Shown: one piece after another, positions 29,937-39,627 of the stretch
Layout of the letters: every line of letters begins with the position of its first letter
Position numbering within the stretch: the first letter of the stretch is position 1
Source of the DNA: Candidatus Bathyarchaeia archaeon
GTDB taxonomy: Archaea > Thermoproteota > Bathyarchaeia > Bathyarchaeales > Bathycorpusculaceae
Direction: 5' to 3'
NCBI GenBank assembly: GCA_049512075.1
Contig: JBEKXL010000006.1
Location: forward strand, 32,001 to 96,000
DNA: 64,000 nt
Program-made: the position numbers and the translations under genes
Notes under the pieces: model-generated
Seen by the model: only the letters and a program-made list of their open reading frames with translations
Told to the model about the DNA's origin: nothing
Database searches by the model: none

Positions 29937-30126
29937 AGGATTCTCTGTTAAGAATAAGGCGAGCTACTACATGAATTTCAATGTTCCGTGGGATGTCAGG
30001 ACTACTACCATCATGACGGAGCTTTGATTCTCAACTTATTCTAAATAAATATTTGTCGTTAGTAATTCTTATAATTCTGGAATGGGATGATTGTTTGTAA
30101 TTTGATGCACGCGAAGATACGGAGTA

Positions 30127-30627
30127 ATGGATGAATTGAGTGTCGGAAACTCTGGTGCCGGCAGGCCTTCGGTGCTGATAGTAGATGATGAAGCTGGGAT
30201 ACGGAAGCTGTTGACAACAGCGCTGAATGAAAACGGCTTCACTTCAGACTCTGCTGAAAATGGGGCTGAGGCGATCAAGAAGGCAAATGAACGGTACTAC
30301 AACCTTGCACTGATTGACATAATGTTGCCCGATATAAACGGAGTCGAACTGCTGGCTAAATTCAAGCCGACGCGTCCGCGAACCAGAAAAATCATTATGA
30401 CGGGCAATCCGTCGCTTCAAAACGCAGTTGAAGCTCTGAACAAGGGAGCGGACGCTTACATAATGAAACCGCTGGACATCGCGAAGGTCTTGGCAACTCT
30501 TGAAGAACAGCTGGACAAACAAAAGGAGCAGAAAGATACAATGTTAAAGCTGCTTGAGACTGGACGCATACGCGCACGCATTGAGCTGATAGGCAGAGAT
30601 GCTACTGAAACTCCTGACGTACGTTGA
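30127..30627 (+). CDS. Stand-alone response regulator receiver (REC) protein with short C-terminal tail
   Basis: VLIVDDE, phosphoacceptor LIDIMLPD, IIMTG, YIMKP. Confidence 0.9.
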   Translation: MDELSVGNSGAGRPSVLIVDDEAGIRKLLTTALNENGFTSDSAENGAEAIKKANERYYNLALIDIMLPDINGVELLAKFKPTRPRTRKIIMTGNPSLQNAVEALNKGADAYIMKPLDIAKVLATLEEQLDKQKEQKDTMLKLLETGRIRARIELIGRDATETPDVR

Positions 30628-30716
30628 ATGGCAACAGATTTGTCTCGTCGAAGGATCGCAAGATGTTTCTTTCATAACAGACGTGAAAATCCGCCCTAGA
30701 AAAGAGCTCTTACTCC

Positions 30717-31274
30717 TCACACACTTGGTGCCGACTGCTGTATGAAATTCGTGATGATTTCTGGGTTCAAGACTTCTGGATGAAACAAGCAACCGTAGAA
30801 TCTTCTACGCTTGTGCCTGATCATACACTTCAAGTCACCAGATTTACCCAGTGTTTCGAAGTCTTCACTTGGCTCCACGGCTTTAGAATTCAGGAAATAT
30901 GAATAGAATTCATGCTTGGATGAAAGAGTGTTCTTTTGAACAGTCCTAACCTTGTATCTGCCGATTCTTGTTCTTTCAACGATGTCGCCATCGGAGAGTC
31001 CCACGAGAATCTGCATTCCAGCGCAGATGCCGAGGATCGGCGTATGCGTTTCATTTATCCATTCGAATCTGTCAACGTTGTCCAAGTATTTGAAATCCTT
31101 CAAGGCTGTTCCGCATATGATGACTTTTTCCGCTCTTTTGATGTCCTTGTGATCCAAACTCTGGAAGTTTATGGGAAAAAAGTCTATCTTGGCCTTTTTG
31201 AGGATGTCTTCAACCGGCTTAACAAACTCGAAATAGCTGAGCTTGTCTGAACAGACGTTAACTATCAGAATCAT
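30717..31274 (-). CDS. Class I glutamine amidotransferase (stand-alone)
   Basis: PILGICAGMQ nucleophile elbow and FHPE catalytic His-Glu. Confidence 0.88.
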   Translation of the reverse strand: MILIVNVCSDKLSYFEFVKPVEDILKKAKIDFFPINFQSLDHKDIKRAEKVIICGTALKDFKYLDNVDRFEWINETHTPILGICAGMQILVGLSDGDIVERTRIGRYKVRTVQKNTLSSKHEFYSYFLNSKAVEPSEDFETLGKSGDLKCMIRHKRRRFYGCLFHPEVLNPEIITNFIQQSAPSV

Positions 31275-31951
31275 TTGTCGACCATCCTAACATCCTTTAT
31301 CCTGAATACTCCAGAGTAATCTTTGTAAGAGACATCATAATCCAAGATTTCTAGTCTTTTTTTGAAAAAGGGGGCGTCTATGACGGTTGTCTCTATTTCC
31401 CCACCCTCTCCAGCAGGGCTCAAGCCGTATTCGTCCCTCAATCTTTCGAGCTTCTGTATCATTTCACTATCCAGCTTTCTGCCAAGGAATTTCTCGTCCA
31501 ATGGATAAGCAAAAACACCTGATATGACCACCTCGTATTTGCCCTTCACGAGTTCGTTCAAAAGCTCTATTTCATCCTTCAACCAGAGTGGGTTGAAACA
31601 CCATAAACCGAGTCGTTTACAAATTCTCTGCACCCGCGTTGACTGATACATCGATTTCACAGCGCCTGTCACTATTCCTTCCAAGTCAAAATCGGCCTTG
31701 GCCGTACCAATGGCTTTTTCCAAATCCTCAAGCTCCCTCTCTTTCTTGCCCTTCGTCCTTCTTTGAACGATCGGCAATCCGATGGCTTCAGCTTGTCTTC
31801 CGGTTACTTCTATGTTGGGAACATGAAACATGTAGCTCTCCTGACTTTCAGATATCAAGCTGATCAGACAAGTCACATCATGGAAACTCCTCGATTTGTC
31901 CAACGCTAAACAGGAGTCTTTTCCACCTGAGAACAGCACTCCAACTCTCAT
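31271..31951 (-). CDS. Diphthine--ammonia ligase / DUF71 PP-loop ATPase (Dph6-like)
   Basis: LFSGGKDS PP-loop, SYMFH, FNPLW, PAGEGGEIETTVIDAPFF. Confidence 0.88.
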   Translation of the reverse strand: MRVGVLFSGGKDSCLALDKSRSFHDVTCLISLISESQESYMFHVPNIEVTGRQAEAIGLPIVQRRTKGKKERELEDLEKAIGTAKADFDLEGIVTGAVKSMYQSTRVQRICKRLGLWCFNPLWLKDEIELLNELVKGKYEVVISGVFAYPLDEKFLGRKLDSEMIQKLERLRDEYGLSPAGEGGEIETTVIDAPFFKKRLEILDYDVSYKDYSGVFRIKDVRMVDK

Positions 31952-32147
31952 GAAAAGTGACTAGAACACCTTGGTTTATAAAGACATTTTTCCGTTTTTG
32001 ACACATCTTCACCGCAAAACCGACCAAGGATCGCATTACGGCGACTTAACCATGTGCAGTGATGACACGTGCCTTATTCTTAAAAAAAGGCTAAAACGTA
32101 TATGGAGCTAGTCTGATAGATTGCCTCGAATTGGAAGATCGTAGACG

Positions 32148-33842
32148 GTGGATGGCGTTGCATTGAAGGAGAAGAGTGTCTTTGCTTCTTCGCTTACGTT
32201 TCTTTTGATACTTGGGGCTTTTTCACTTTTCATGGCGTGGTATGGCCCGTCGAGCTCCTGGAAATTCTTGCTTGCCTTTTTTCCGCTGGTTGTGATTCTG
32301 TTCGGCGTCGCTTTTCTGCGTCGAAGCGGTTTGTTCATGGCCGTGGTTGGCTTAGTGCTTGTAATTGCATTGGCAATTCTGCAGTTCAGCACACCGTTTG
32401 AGGTGGCTCTCGGTGCTTCATTGCATGGTTTTGTGAGCAGTTTTGGAGTTTCAATTTCGGTTGCGGCAACCATGCTGATGATTTACTTGATGAAGGAAGC
32501 AGGCGCGTTGCAGACTGTTTCAAAAGTGATCAAGCAGCAATTGATAGGCGACGAGGTCCGAGCGTTGTACATTGGGATCGGCTTCGGCTCTTTTCTCACT
32601 TCCTTGGGTGTAGTGACTCCTGCACTGTTTCCTCCTCTGCTTCTCGCGATGGGTTTCAGCCCTATGTCTTCCATTGCGATCGCTGTTCTCGGCTACAATC
32701 CTACTACGAGTTTTTCGTTGCTTTCCATTCCGATAACTCTCCCAGCTTCCAATTTTGGTTTCAACCCGATGGCGTTAGCTTTCAAGGTTGCTATTTTCTT
32801 ACCCGTCATTTCACCGGGTTTTGCTTTTGCTCTCCTTGGGCTAGTGGGCGGGAAGAAGTCGATGCGTGAAGGCGCTGTTCCTGCATTGGTTTGTGGTTTA
32901 GTCTTGGCTTTTGCGTGCGTTGCAACCACCAGCCTCGACTATTTCACCGGAGTGCAATACGTTCCTCTCACACTTGTCGGGGTCATAGCAGGACTCTCCG
33001 CAATGCTTTCGCTTCATGTGTATCAGAGACTCAAGCGGACAGCTAGAGGAGTGGCCAAAGACGCTGACTATCCGTCGAAAGGCGAGATTTGGCGCTCTTT
33101 TTCTCCATGGATACTCCTTTCAGTGCTGGCAGGGTTAACGAGTATAAGTCAGATTAATGATTGGCTTTTGCATCTTCCCGGAGACATTCAAGTGATTAGA
33201 GTTTTCTCCAACGAACCGATTAATCTGAAATTTCTCACTCAGCCTTACACTTGGATATTCATCACCATTCTCTTGTCACTATTCACCCTCAAGCCGACAA
33301 GAAGACAGATGCAAACTGCTACAAGTGTCTGGCTCAAACGTTTCTTTGGGCCATTCTTGACGTACAGCCTGTACTTCTCAATATCTTTTGTGATGGCATT
33401 CTCGGCAATGCAGATCGCAAACGGTGTCTTGAACACTAATCCAGCGGGGTTCAACCAGTTCAACATGAATGTGATTCTCGGCACCACACTTGCTTCAGTA
33501 TTCGGTGCGGACTACGTTTTCGTGGCTGCCTCGCTTGGCTTGTTCGGTGCAATAGTTGCTGGTTCTGAGACTAGTTCAAACGTTCTTTTCTACAGCATTC
33601 AGAAGACCGCGACTCACAATCTCGGGTTAGATTCCGAGTTCATGACAGTCTATAGCAGTCACGCTGTTGCGGGGGGCGTAGCAAGCGCTGTCACTCCTGC
33701 CAAAATCAATAATGCCGTAGTCACGATTGACGAGTCGCACGAGACTGAATCGTTGATGATGAGAAAAAACCTCGTCATCGCACTAACGCTGACAATCGCA
33801 ACGGGCATACTCACAGGTATACTGGTCAGCCTGGGAATCTAG
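32148..33842 (+). CDS. L-lactate/glycolate permease (LctP) family transporter
   Basis: About 14 TM helices; C-terminal GAIVAGSETSSNVLF..Q and HAVAGGVASAVTPAKI motifs. Confidence 0.8.
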   Translation: MDGVALKEKSVFASSLTFLLILGAFSLFMAWYGPSSSWKFLLAFFPLVVILFGVAFLRRSGLFMAVVGLVLVIALAILQFSTPFEVALGASLHGFVSSFGVSISVAATMLMIYLMKEAGALQTVSKVIKQQLIGDEVRALYIGIGFGSFLTSLGVVTPALFPPLLLAMGFSPMSSIAIAVLGYNPTTSFSLLSIPITLPASNFGFNPMALAFKVAIFLPVISPGFAFALLGLVGGKKSMREGAVPALVCGLVLAFACVATTSLDYFTGVQYVPLTLVGVIAGLSAMLSLHVYQRLKRTARGVAKDADYPSKGEIWRSFSPWILLSVLAGLTSISQINDWLLHLPGDIQVIRVFSNEPINLKFLTQPYTWIFITILLSLFTLKPTRRQMQTATSVWLKRFFGPFLTYSLYFSISFVMAFSAMQIANGVLNTNPAGFNQFNMNVILGTTLASVFGADYVFVAASLGLFGAIVAGSETSSNVLFYSIQKTATHNLGLDSEFMTVYSSHAVAGGVASAVTPAKINNAVVTIDESHETESLMMRKNLVIALTLTIATGILTGILVSLGI

Positions 33843-33940
33843 CCAGAACGTTGCAGTGTGTCATCTCCTCATTTGGCGAAACCCTGTCCCACTTTTCCTT
33901 CATAAAGTCTTTTTTCACAGACTCGTTTGACTGGCTACTG

Positions 33941-34663
33941 TCAGATTTTTAACGCTAGTTGTTTCACTTTTTCGGCAAAAGCAGTGTCCAGCAGTTTATC
34001 AGTTTTCCCTATGGTCTCCTCTATCCCTGTGTCAAAGGGAATTTCTCCAATGAATGCTAAACCCAACGTCTTGGTCTCCCGCTGTATAGTATCAGAATGA
34101 GCAAATTTCATGTTTTCCACGACGCCTATAACCCGTATTCTCATTGTTTGCAATAGTCCAGCCAGTCTTTTTACAGTTTCAAAGGCCAATTGTGAGGGTG
34201 TCGTCACTATCAGAAATTCTATTCTTTCTACGAGTCTTATCAGGTCAAGAGTTGCATCGCCTATTCCAGGTGGCATGTCGAGGATGAGATAATCCAGTTT
34301 CCCCCATCTGACAATCGACAAAAGTTCTATCAGCGCGTTTGAGACATCTGCTCCTCTCAGTGGAGTTGCGTGGTCGCCTGAATAATAGATTATTGACATG
34401 TACTCAAAACCTTGGAACTGTGGCGGGATTATGCCCTTTTCTTCCCTCGGCTGCAGGTCTTGGACGCCTAGGATCGTGTGTGTGGATGGGCTTGTAAAAT
34501 CCAGGTCGAACAATCCGACTCTGAAGCCTTTCCTCGCAAGAATTAAGGCAAACGTTGAAGCAAACAGGCTCTTGCCGACTCCGCCTTTGCCGCCTGAAAC
34601 AGCTATGATGCGGCGTATCCCCTTCAACCTTTCATTTACTATGCTGGTTCGAGGATCAACCAC
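33941..34663 (-). CDS. hypB: Mrp/MinD-family ATPase-type HypB (nickel insertion partner of HypA)
   Basis: MVDPR start, GKGGVGKS, DLDF, DMPPG, VVENM without the following CPxC of Nbp35/Mrp; directly downstream of hypA, as in the Thermococcales ATPase-type HypB. Confidence 0.8.
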   Translation of the reverse strand: MVDPRTSIVNERLKGIRRIIAVSGGKGGVGKSLFASTFALILARKGFRVGLFDLDFTSPSTHTILGVQDLQPREEKGIIPPQFQGFEYMSIIYYSGDHATPLRGADVSNALIELLSIVRWGKLDYLILDMPPGIGDATLDLIRLVERIEFLIVTTPSQLAFETVKRLAGLLQTMRIRVIGVVENMKFAHSDTIQRETKTLGLAFIGEIPFDTGIEETIGKTDKLLDTAFAEKVKQLALKI

Positions 34664-34665
34664 GC

Positions 34666-35064
34666 CTATTTCACTCCTTTCACGCTAAGAAGCCAAACCC
34701 CACGTCCTTCGACTACCTCAAAATCCGGGCTGCCACATTTTGGACACTTAACATATGCGTGTGCCACCTCTGGAACAAAATGGATAGCCTCAACCACGCT
34801 TTCATCCAGCTTCTTCTTGTTGAAAATCCACGTGTGACCGCAGGCGCGGCACTTCATTCTTGCCCTTGCCTCTTCTATCTTGAACTCTGCACTTTCGAGC
34901 TTGGCCTTCTTGATCTGTTGGAGCGCAAACATCAACACATCCTGCTCTATTTGCTGAAGCTCACCCACTCTTATCCTCACTTCTGTGACTTCCCTAAAAC
35001 CCTCTTTCTCAGCTGCTCCAGAGGCCGCGGAGATCACTGCTTCAGCCAAGGCCCATTCGTGCAT
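34666..35064 (-). CDS. hypA: Hydrogenase nickel incorporation protein HypA
   Basis: MHEWALA Ni-binding N-terminus, CRACG and CPKCGS zinc pairs, EAIHFVPE insert. Confidence 0.95.
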   Translation of the reverse strand: MHEWALAEAVISAASGAAEKEGFREVTEVRIRVGELQQIEQDVLMFALQQIKKAKLESAEFKIEEARARMKCRACGHTWIFNKKKLDESVVEAIHFVPEVAHAYVKCPKCGSPDFEVVEGRGVWLLSVKGVK

Positions 35065-35161
35065 ACAAGAGCCTACAGGCAAGCCTAACTTAAAAATATC
35101 GCAGAAAGACGATGAGCCGTTAAAAACATCTCGCGTTTATTAAAGCCGTACTCCATACTAA

Positions 35162-35776
35162 TTGAAGAAAACGAAACCAGGCTGGAATGGGTTGGCATTC
35201 GGCGCTGAACTCCTGAGCGTTCTGTTCGGTTCTTTTCTCTTGAACCTCATTCCATTTGCCGGCCCGTCGAATCTTCTGATAGCCTCGAACGCAGCGTTAC
35301 TTGTCCACACAGATCCGTTTACTTTGGGCCTTCTGGTGGCCTTGGGCTCAGCCTCAGCGAAGTTCATACATTACCTGGTCACCTTCTTTGTCGGAGGCTT
35401 TCTAAGTAAAGAACGCAGAGAACAATTGGGCAAGGTAAACTCAAGAGTAGGAAAATGGGCTTTTGCAGCCCTGTTCATCGCGGCTGCCACCCCAATACCT
35501 GACGAGCCCGTCATAATCCCACTGGGACTCATGAAATACAACCCAGCAAAATTCTGTTTGGCAATGTTCCTCGGAAAAATCTCGATCACCGTACCGGGGG
35601 CATACCTCGGGCAACTCGGCCAAAGTGCCTTGTCATCTCTCATAACTCAGGAAGCTCTAATAGTCCTTTCACTAATCCTAACCATCGCCATAACAATCAT
35701 ACTGCTAAGAATCGACATCACAAAAACCTTGCGAAAGACCAAACGCAACAACCGAACAAAAACAGCAAACCCCTGA
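35162..35776 (+). CDS. DedA/VTT-family membrane protein
   Basis: NLIPFAGPS, AATPIPDE..IIPLG, FLGK motifs. Confidence 0.8.
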   Translation: MKKTKPGWNGLAFGAELLSVLFGSFLLNLIPFAGPSNLLIASNAALLVHTDPFTLGLLVALGSASAKFIHYLVTFFVGGFLSKERREQLGKVNSRVGKWAFAALFIAAATPIPDEPVIIPLGLMKYNPAKFCLAMFLGKISITVPGAYLGQLGQSALSSLITQEALIVLSLILTIAITIILLRIDITKTLRKTKRNNRTKTANP

Positions 35777-36003
35777 GAACGTCCACAGACGGCAAGTAGG
35801 AAAAACAGGCAGAAGATTGAGTCCCAAAGAACACAGCTAAAGTACTCTAAAGTAGGGGCTCGAATCAACCCGCCACGGCAACAAACCTGCCAGCAATTCT
35901 GCGCGCAACAGTTCAAACGGCGTGACACACACAGAGAGTCTCAACAAGCAGGAACCTAAAGCTAAATAAAGTCATAATCAACAACTAAGCATAACCTGCA
36001 AAG

Positions 36004-36768
36004 GTGACATTCATGTTCAAACTCAAAGTCGCTGACGCTAAACAACTGAGAGACATGATTACATCCATCTCCATACTCGTAGACGAAGCCACGTTCAAGC
36101 TTGACGCTGAAGGCATGAAACTCCGAGCAATGGACCCGTCACGCGTCGCCATGATAGACTTCGAATGGCCTAAAACAATCTTCGAAGAATACATGTGCAC
36201 AGAACCGACAAAAATGTGCATAAACATAACCGAACTGCTCAAACTTCTAAAAAGAGCGGGCAAAGGCGAAACACTTGAGCTTTCCATAGACGAAAAAACC
36301 GGTAAATTACAGGTCGCAATCGCCGGAAAATACGCGCGCAACTTTACCATGCCCACTCTTGAAGCCTCAGAAGAGGAAGTTCCAACCCCGAAAATCACCT
36401 TCAACGTCAAAATAAAAGCCACGACGGAAGGCCTGAGCCAAGCAATCGAAGATGCCCAGCTCGTGAGCGATCATGTGAGAATCGAGGCAGACCCTGAAAA
36501 AGTGGTCTTCAACGCCGCGGGAGACCTGATGGGCGCAACGATAACCCTTCAAAAAGGAAGCGACACACTGCTCGAACTGGACGCCAAAGAACCTCAAAAA
36601 GCAACCTTCAGCCTCAGCTATCTGACAGAGATAATAAAAACAGCATCCGCAACCTCAGACATAGCAACGCTCGAGTTCTCATCAGACATGCCGATAAAAC
36701 TCGACTTCCAACAGGCAAAAGAAGGAAAACTAACCTTCTACCTCGCACCCAGAATCGAAAGCGAATAA
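36004..36768 (+). CDS. pcn: PCNA sliding clamp (likely start ATG 36013)
   Basis: LRAMDPSRVAMID, FSLSYL, DMPIKL, FYLAPRIE. Confidence 0.97.
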   Translation: MTFMFKLKVADAKQLRDMITSISILVDEATFKLDAEGMKLRAMDPSRVAMIDFEWPKTIFEEYMCTEPTKMCINITELLKLLKRAGKGETLELSIDEKTGKLQVAIAGKYARNFTMPTLEASEEEVPTPKITFNVKIKATTEGLSQAIEDAQLVSDHVRIEADPEKVVFNAAGDLMGATITLQKGSDTLLELDAKEPQKATFSLSYLTEIIKTASATSDIATLEFSSDMPIKLDFQQAKEGKLTFYLAPRIESE

Positions 36769-36781
36769 CGAGAAAAATAAG

Positions 36782-37822
36782 ATGCAAACCGTTTTCTCAA
36801 AATTCGCCAAGAACGACTACACCAAATACCCCTTTCTAAGAGAAGCAGCGAAATATCTGAAGCTGCCGGACCTGCACATTGAAGACTTGGCAAACAGCGA
36901 GCTCGAACAGATTCTCAACCGAGCAGAAGAAAGAGTTGAAGAAGCGATACTATACACCCGAGTCACCCGAAACCCGCACCACGACGAAGACCTGGAAATC
37001 CTCTCCTTCACAGTTGCCATCGTCCTTGCGATGGCAACCCAAAACTCCTTCATCCAGAAGAGATACGCGCTGGCGGAAGCAAAACAGGCATACGAGGACT
37101 TCAAACTCGAACCCAAAGAAAAACTAACGAAAATCGCACAGAACTTCGAATGGAAACTGGCACTCAATAACGACCTGAAAATACCATACGAGTTCGCACT
37201 TGACTTCACCGATTACCTCAGGAACACAACCCACCTGCGAGAAAAAAAATGGAAGCTCATCAACCGCACTTTGACAAACGGGAAAGTCTACCTAACAGGG
37301 AGTGAGGCGGCCAGACTGCTCGCGGAAGAAGTTCGCAGATACGTTGAAAAGCGAACAGAAGCAAGAGACCTGCCGAAGTTTCCAACCAAAATCTTGGAGA
37401 CAGCCGAGAGGATTAAGAAACTGTCGATAGAGAAAATAGGCAAAACCGAGATGGAAGGCTTTCCGAAGGCTATAACGCAAACAGCCTTCCCGCCCTGCAT
37501 ACAAACACTGTACCAAGCCTTCTCATCCGGACGCCACCTCTCACACATCGGCAGGTTCACCCTGACTTCATTCCTCATAAACATCGGAATGCCTTCGGAG
37601 AAGGTCATAGAACTCTTCAAAAACATCTCCGACTTCAACGAAAGAATGACCCGCTACCAAGTTGAACACATAGCAGGAGAAAGAGGCTCCAGAACCCACT
37701 ACACCACTCCGAAATGTGACACGCTGAAAACCCATGGGGTCTGCACTAATCCTGATAGCCTGTGCAGAAGGATACATCATCCCCTGGGCTATTATAGAAG
37801 AAAGGTTACATACCCGCACTAG
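36782..37822 (+). CDS. priL: DNA primase large subunit
   Basis: KYPFL, FPPCI, LSHIGRF, YQVEHIAG, C-terminal Fe-S cysteines, HPLGYY. Confidence 0.95.
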   Translation: MQTVFSKFAKNDYTKYPFLREAAKYLKLPDLHIEDLANSELEQILNRAEERVEEAILYTRVTRNPHHDEDLEILSFTVAIVLAMATQNSFIQKRYALAEAKQAYEDFKLEPKEKLTKIAQNFEWKLALNNDLKIPYEFALDFTDYLRNTTHLREKKWKLINRTLTNGKVYLTGSEAARLLAEEVRRYVEKRTEARDLPKFPTKILETAERIKKLSIEKIGKTEMEGFPKAITQTAFPPCIQTLYQAFSSGRHLSHIGRFTLTSFLINIGMPSEKVIELFKNISDFNERMTRYQVEHIAGERGSRTHYTTPKCDTLKTHGVCTNPDSLCRRIHHPLGYYRRKVTYPH

Positions 37823-37916
37823 AAAGAGTTAAAGCCGCGATGCTTGTATGCTAGAACAGTCAAAAGTTTAATATTGACATTGCTACAAATCAGTTCGTCT
37901 TACAGGAACGGGAAAG

Positions 37917-38690
37917 ATGAATCGAACAAGAACAGCAAACCTCACGCACATCGAAGGAGACCTAAGTGCAAAATCGGAGATAGGACTGATCCTCCCAACA
38001 TATTGTGAAGTCTCAAACATTGAAAAGCTGATAGGCGACATCGAGAACCTGGATATTGATGTTCGCGTGCTAGTTATAGACGATTCCAGCCCAGATGGGA
38101 CGGCAAATGCAGTTCGAAGACTGCAGAAAAAGTACAGGAACATTCTCCTCCTTGTGAGACCGAGGAAATCTGGGCTTGGAACAGCCATAACAGATGGTTT
38201 CAAGACGCTCATATCGTTGAAAAACCCTCCAAGCTACATAGTCACCATGGACGCTGACTACTCACACAATCCCAAAGAAGTTCCACGCGCAATCTCAACC
38301 GCAAAAGAAGGAAAAGGCCTGGCAATAGGCAGCAGATATTGCAAGGGAGGCGGAGTAGTGAAATGGAGCATATTTCGACGCTTAACAAGTCGCGTGGCAA
38401 ACGTACTTGCCTACGTCCTAGTGAGAGCAAAAATCCATGACTACACTAGCGGTTTACGCTGCTATTCGACAAGGCTTGTCAAAGAAATGGTCCCAGACCT
38501 GCACAGTCAAACCTACGAAATACAAATAGAAACTATACGGCAAGCCTGCAAAAGAGGATTTGACGTAAGGGAGTTTCCAATGACCTTTGTCAACAGAAAG
38601 AATGGGAAATCAAAACTCTCTGCGAACGAAATCATGGAGTTCACTTCATACATTTTCAAAATCAAAAGGCTTAAAGGCTCGGCTAACTAG
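37917..38690 (+). CDS. Polyprenol-phosphate mannose synthase-like GT2
   Basis: IDDSSPDGT, KSGLGTA, MDADYSHNP, GSRY, DYTSGLRCY. Confidence 0.9.
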   Translation: MNRTRTANLTHIEGDLSAKSEIGLILPTYCEVSNIEKLIGDIENLDIDVRVLVIDDSSPDGTANAVRRLQKKYRNILLLVRPRKSGLGTAITDGFKTLISLKNPPSYIVTMDADYSHNPKEVPRAISTAKEGKGLAIGSRYCKGGGVVKWSIFRRLTSRVANVLAYVLVRAKIHDYTSGLRCYSTRLVKEMVPDLHSQTYEIQIETIRQACKRGFDVREFPMTFVNRKNGKSKLSANEIMEFTSYIFKIKRLKGSAN

Positions 38691-38696
38691 CCTTTC

Positions 38697-39593
38697 GTGA
38701 ACCGAATGTCCCTGAACAGAATTATGATTGGAGTATGCGCTTACAACGAAGAAAACAACATAGCGCGTCTTCTTCAAAATCTAATTTCAGAACAGAACAT
38801 ACCGAAAGAAAGTAAGATTCTGGTAGTATGCTCTGGGTGCACCGATAGAACACCCCAAATTGTCGCGAGTTTCCAGAACAAAGATCCTAGAATAGAGCCG
38901 TTAATTGAAGATGCTCGCAAAGGAAAATCAAGTGCACTCAACGAAATCTTCAGAGCAGCGAGAGCTGAAGCTGACATATTAATCCTCGTCAACGCCGATG
39001 CACTGCCCGAGAAAGGCAGCATAAACCGGCTCGTCACAAAGTTTACCACGCCAGACATCGGGGCGGTCTTTGCACAGCCAGTTCCGCTGAAAAACTGTAA
39101 CAGCTCCTGTTACGGGGTCACACGACTGATATGGCGTTTACATCACATAATTTCAATGCTTGACACGCCCAAGCTGTCAGGAGAACTCTGCGCGCTGCGC
39201 GCAGCATATCTCCAAGAGATCCCAGAAAACACCGCAACCGACGAGCCCTACATCGAAGGCGCGATTCAAAAGCGACACAAGAACACACTTTACACACCTG
39301 AAGCCCTAGTGTACATAAGATGTCCAACAAACGTCGTCGATATAATAAAACAGCGCAAGCGAATATGGATCGGCCACATGCAACTGCAAAACACAACCGG
39401 GTACAAGGTCTCAACGTCGAGCTTCAAAAACATGTTACGCGCAATCTTCAAACTGAAAAGAAACGAAGCCATTTATGTGTTGCCCGGAGGGTTTCTAGAA
39501 ATCGTCGCCTACTTGGAAGCCAGAATCCTTTTCAGCAAAGGCACTATTCCCTTCGCTTGGGAACCAATAAAAAGCACAAAAGCCTCAATCTGA
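38697..39593 (+). CDS. Glycosyltransferase family 2
   Basis: CAYNEE, GCTDRT, RKGKSSALN, NAD, QRKRIW (QxxRW-like). Confidence 0.88.
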   Translation: MNRMSLNRIMIGVCAYNEENNIARLLQNLISEQNIPKESKILVVCSGCTDRTPQIVASFQNKDPRIEPLIEDARKGKSSALNEIFRAARAEADILILVNADALPEKGSINRLVTKFTTPDIGAVFAQPVPLKNCNSSCYGVTRLIWRLHHIISMLDTPKLSGELCALRAAYLQEIPENTATDEPYIEGAIQKRHKNTLYTPEALVYIRCPTNVVDIIKQRKRIWIGHMQLQNTTGYKVSTSSFKNMLRAIFKLKRNEAIYVLPGGFLEIVAYLEARILFSKGTIPFAWEPIKSTKASI

Positions 39594-39627
39594 ACGCAGC
39601 AACGTCTCGTTGATGGAGAACTAGCAA

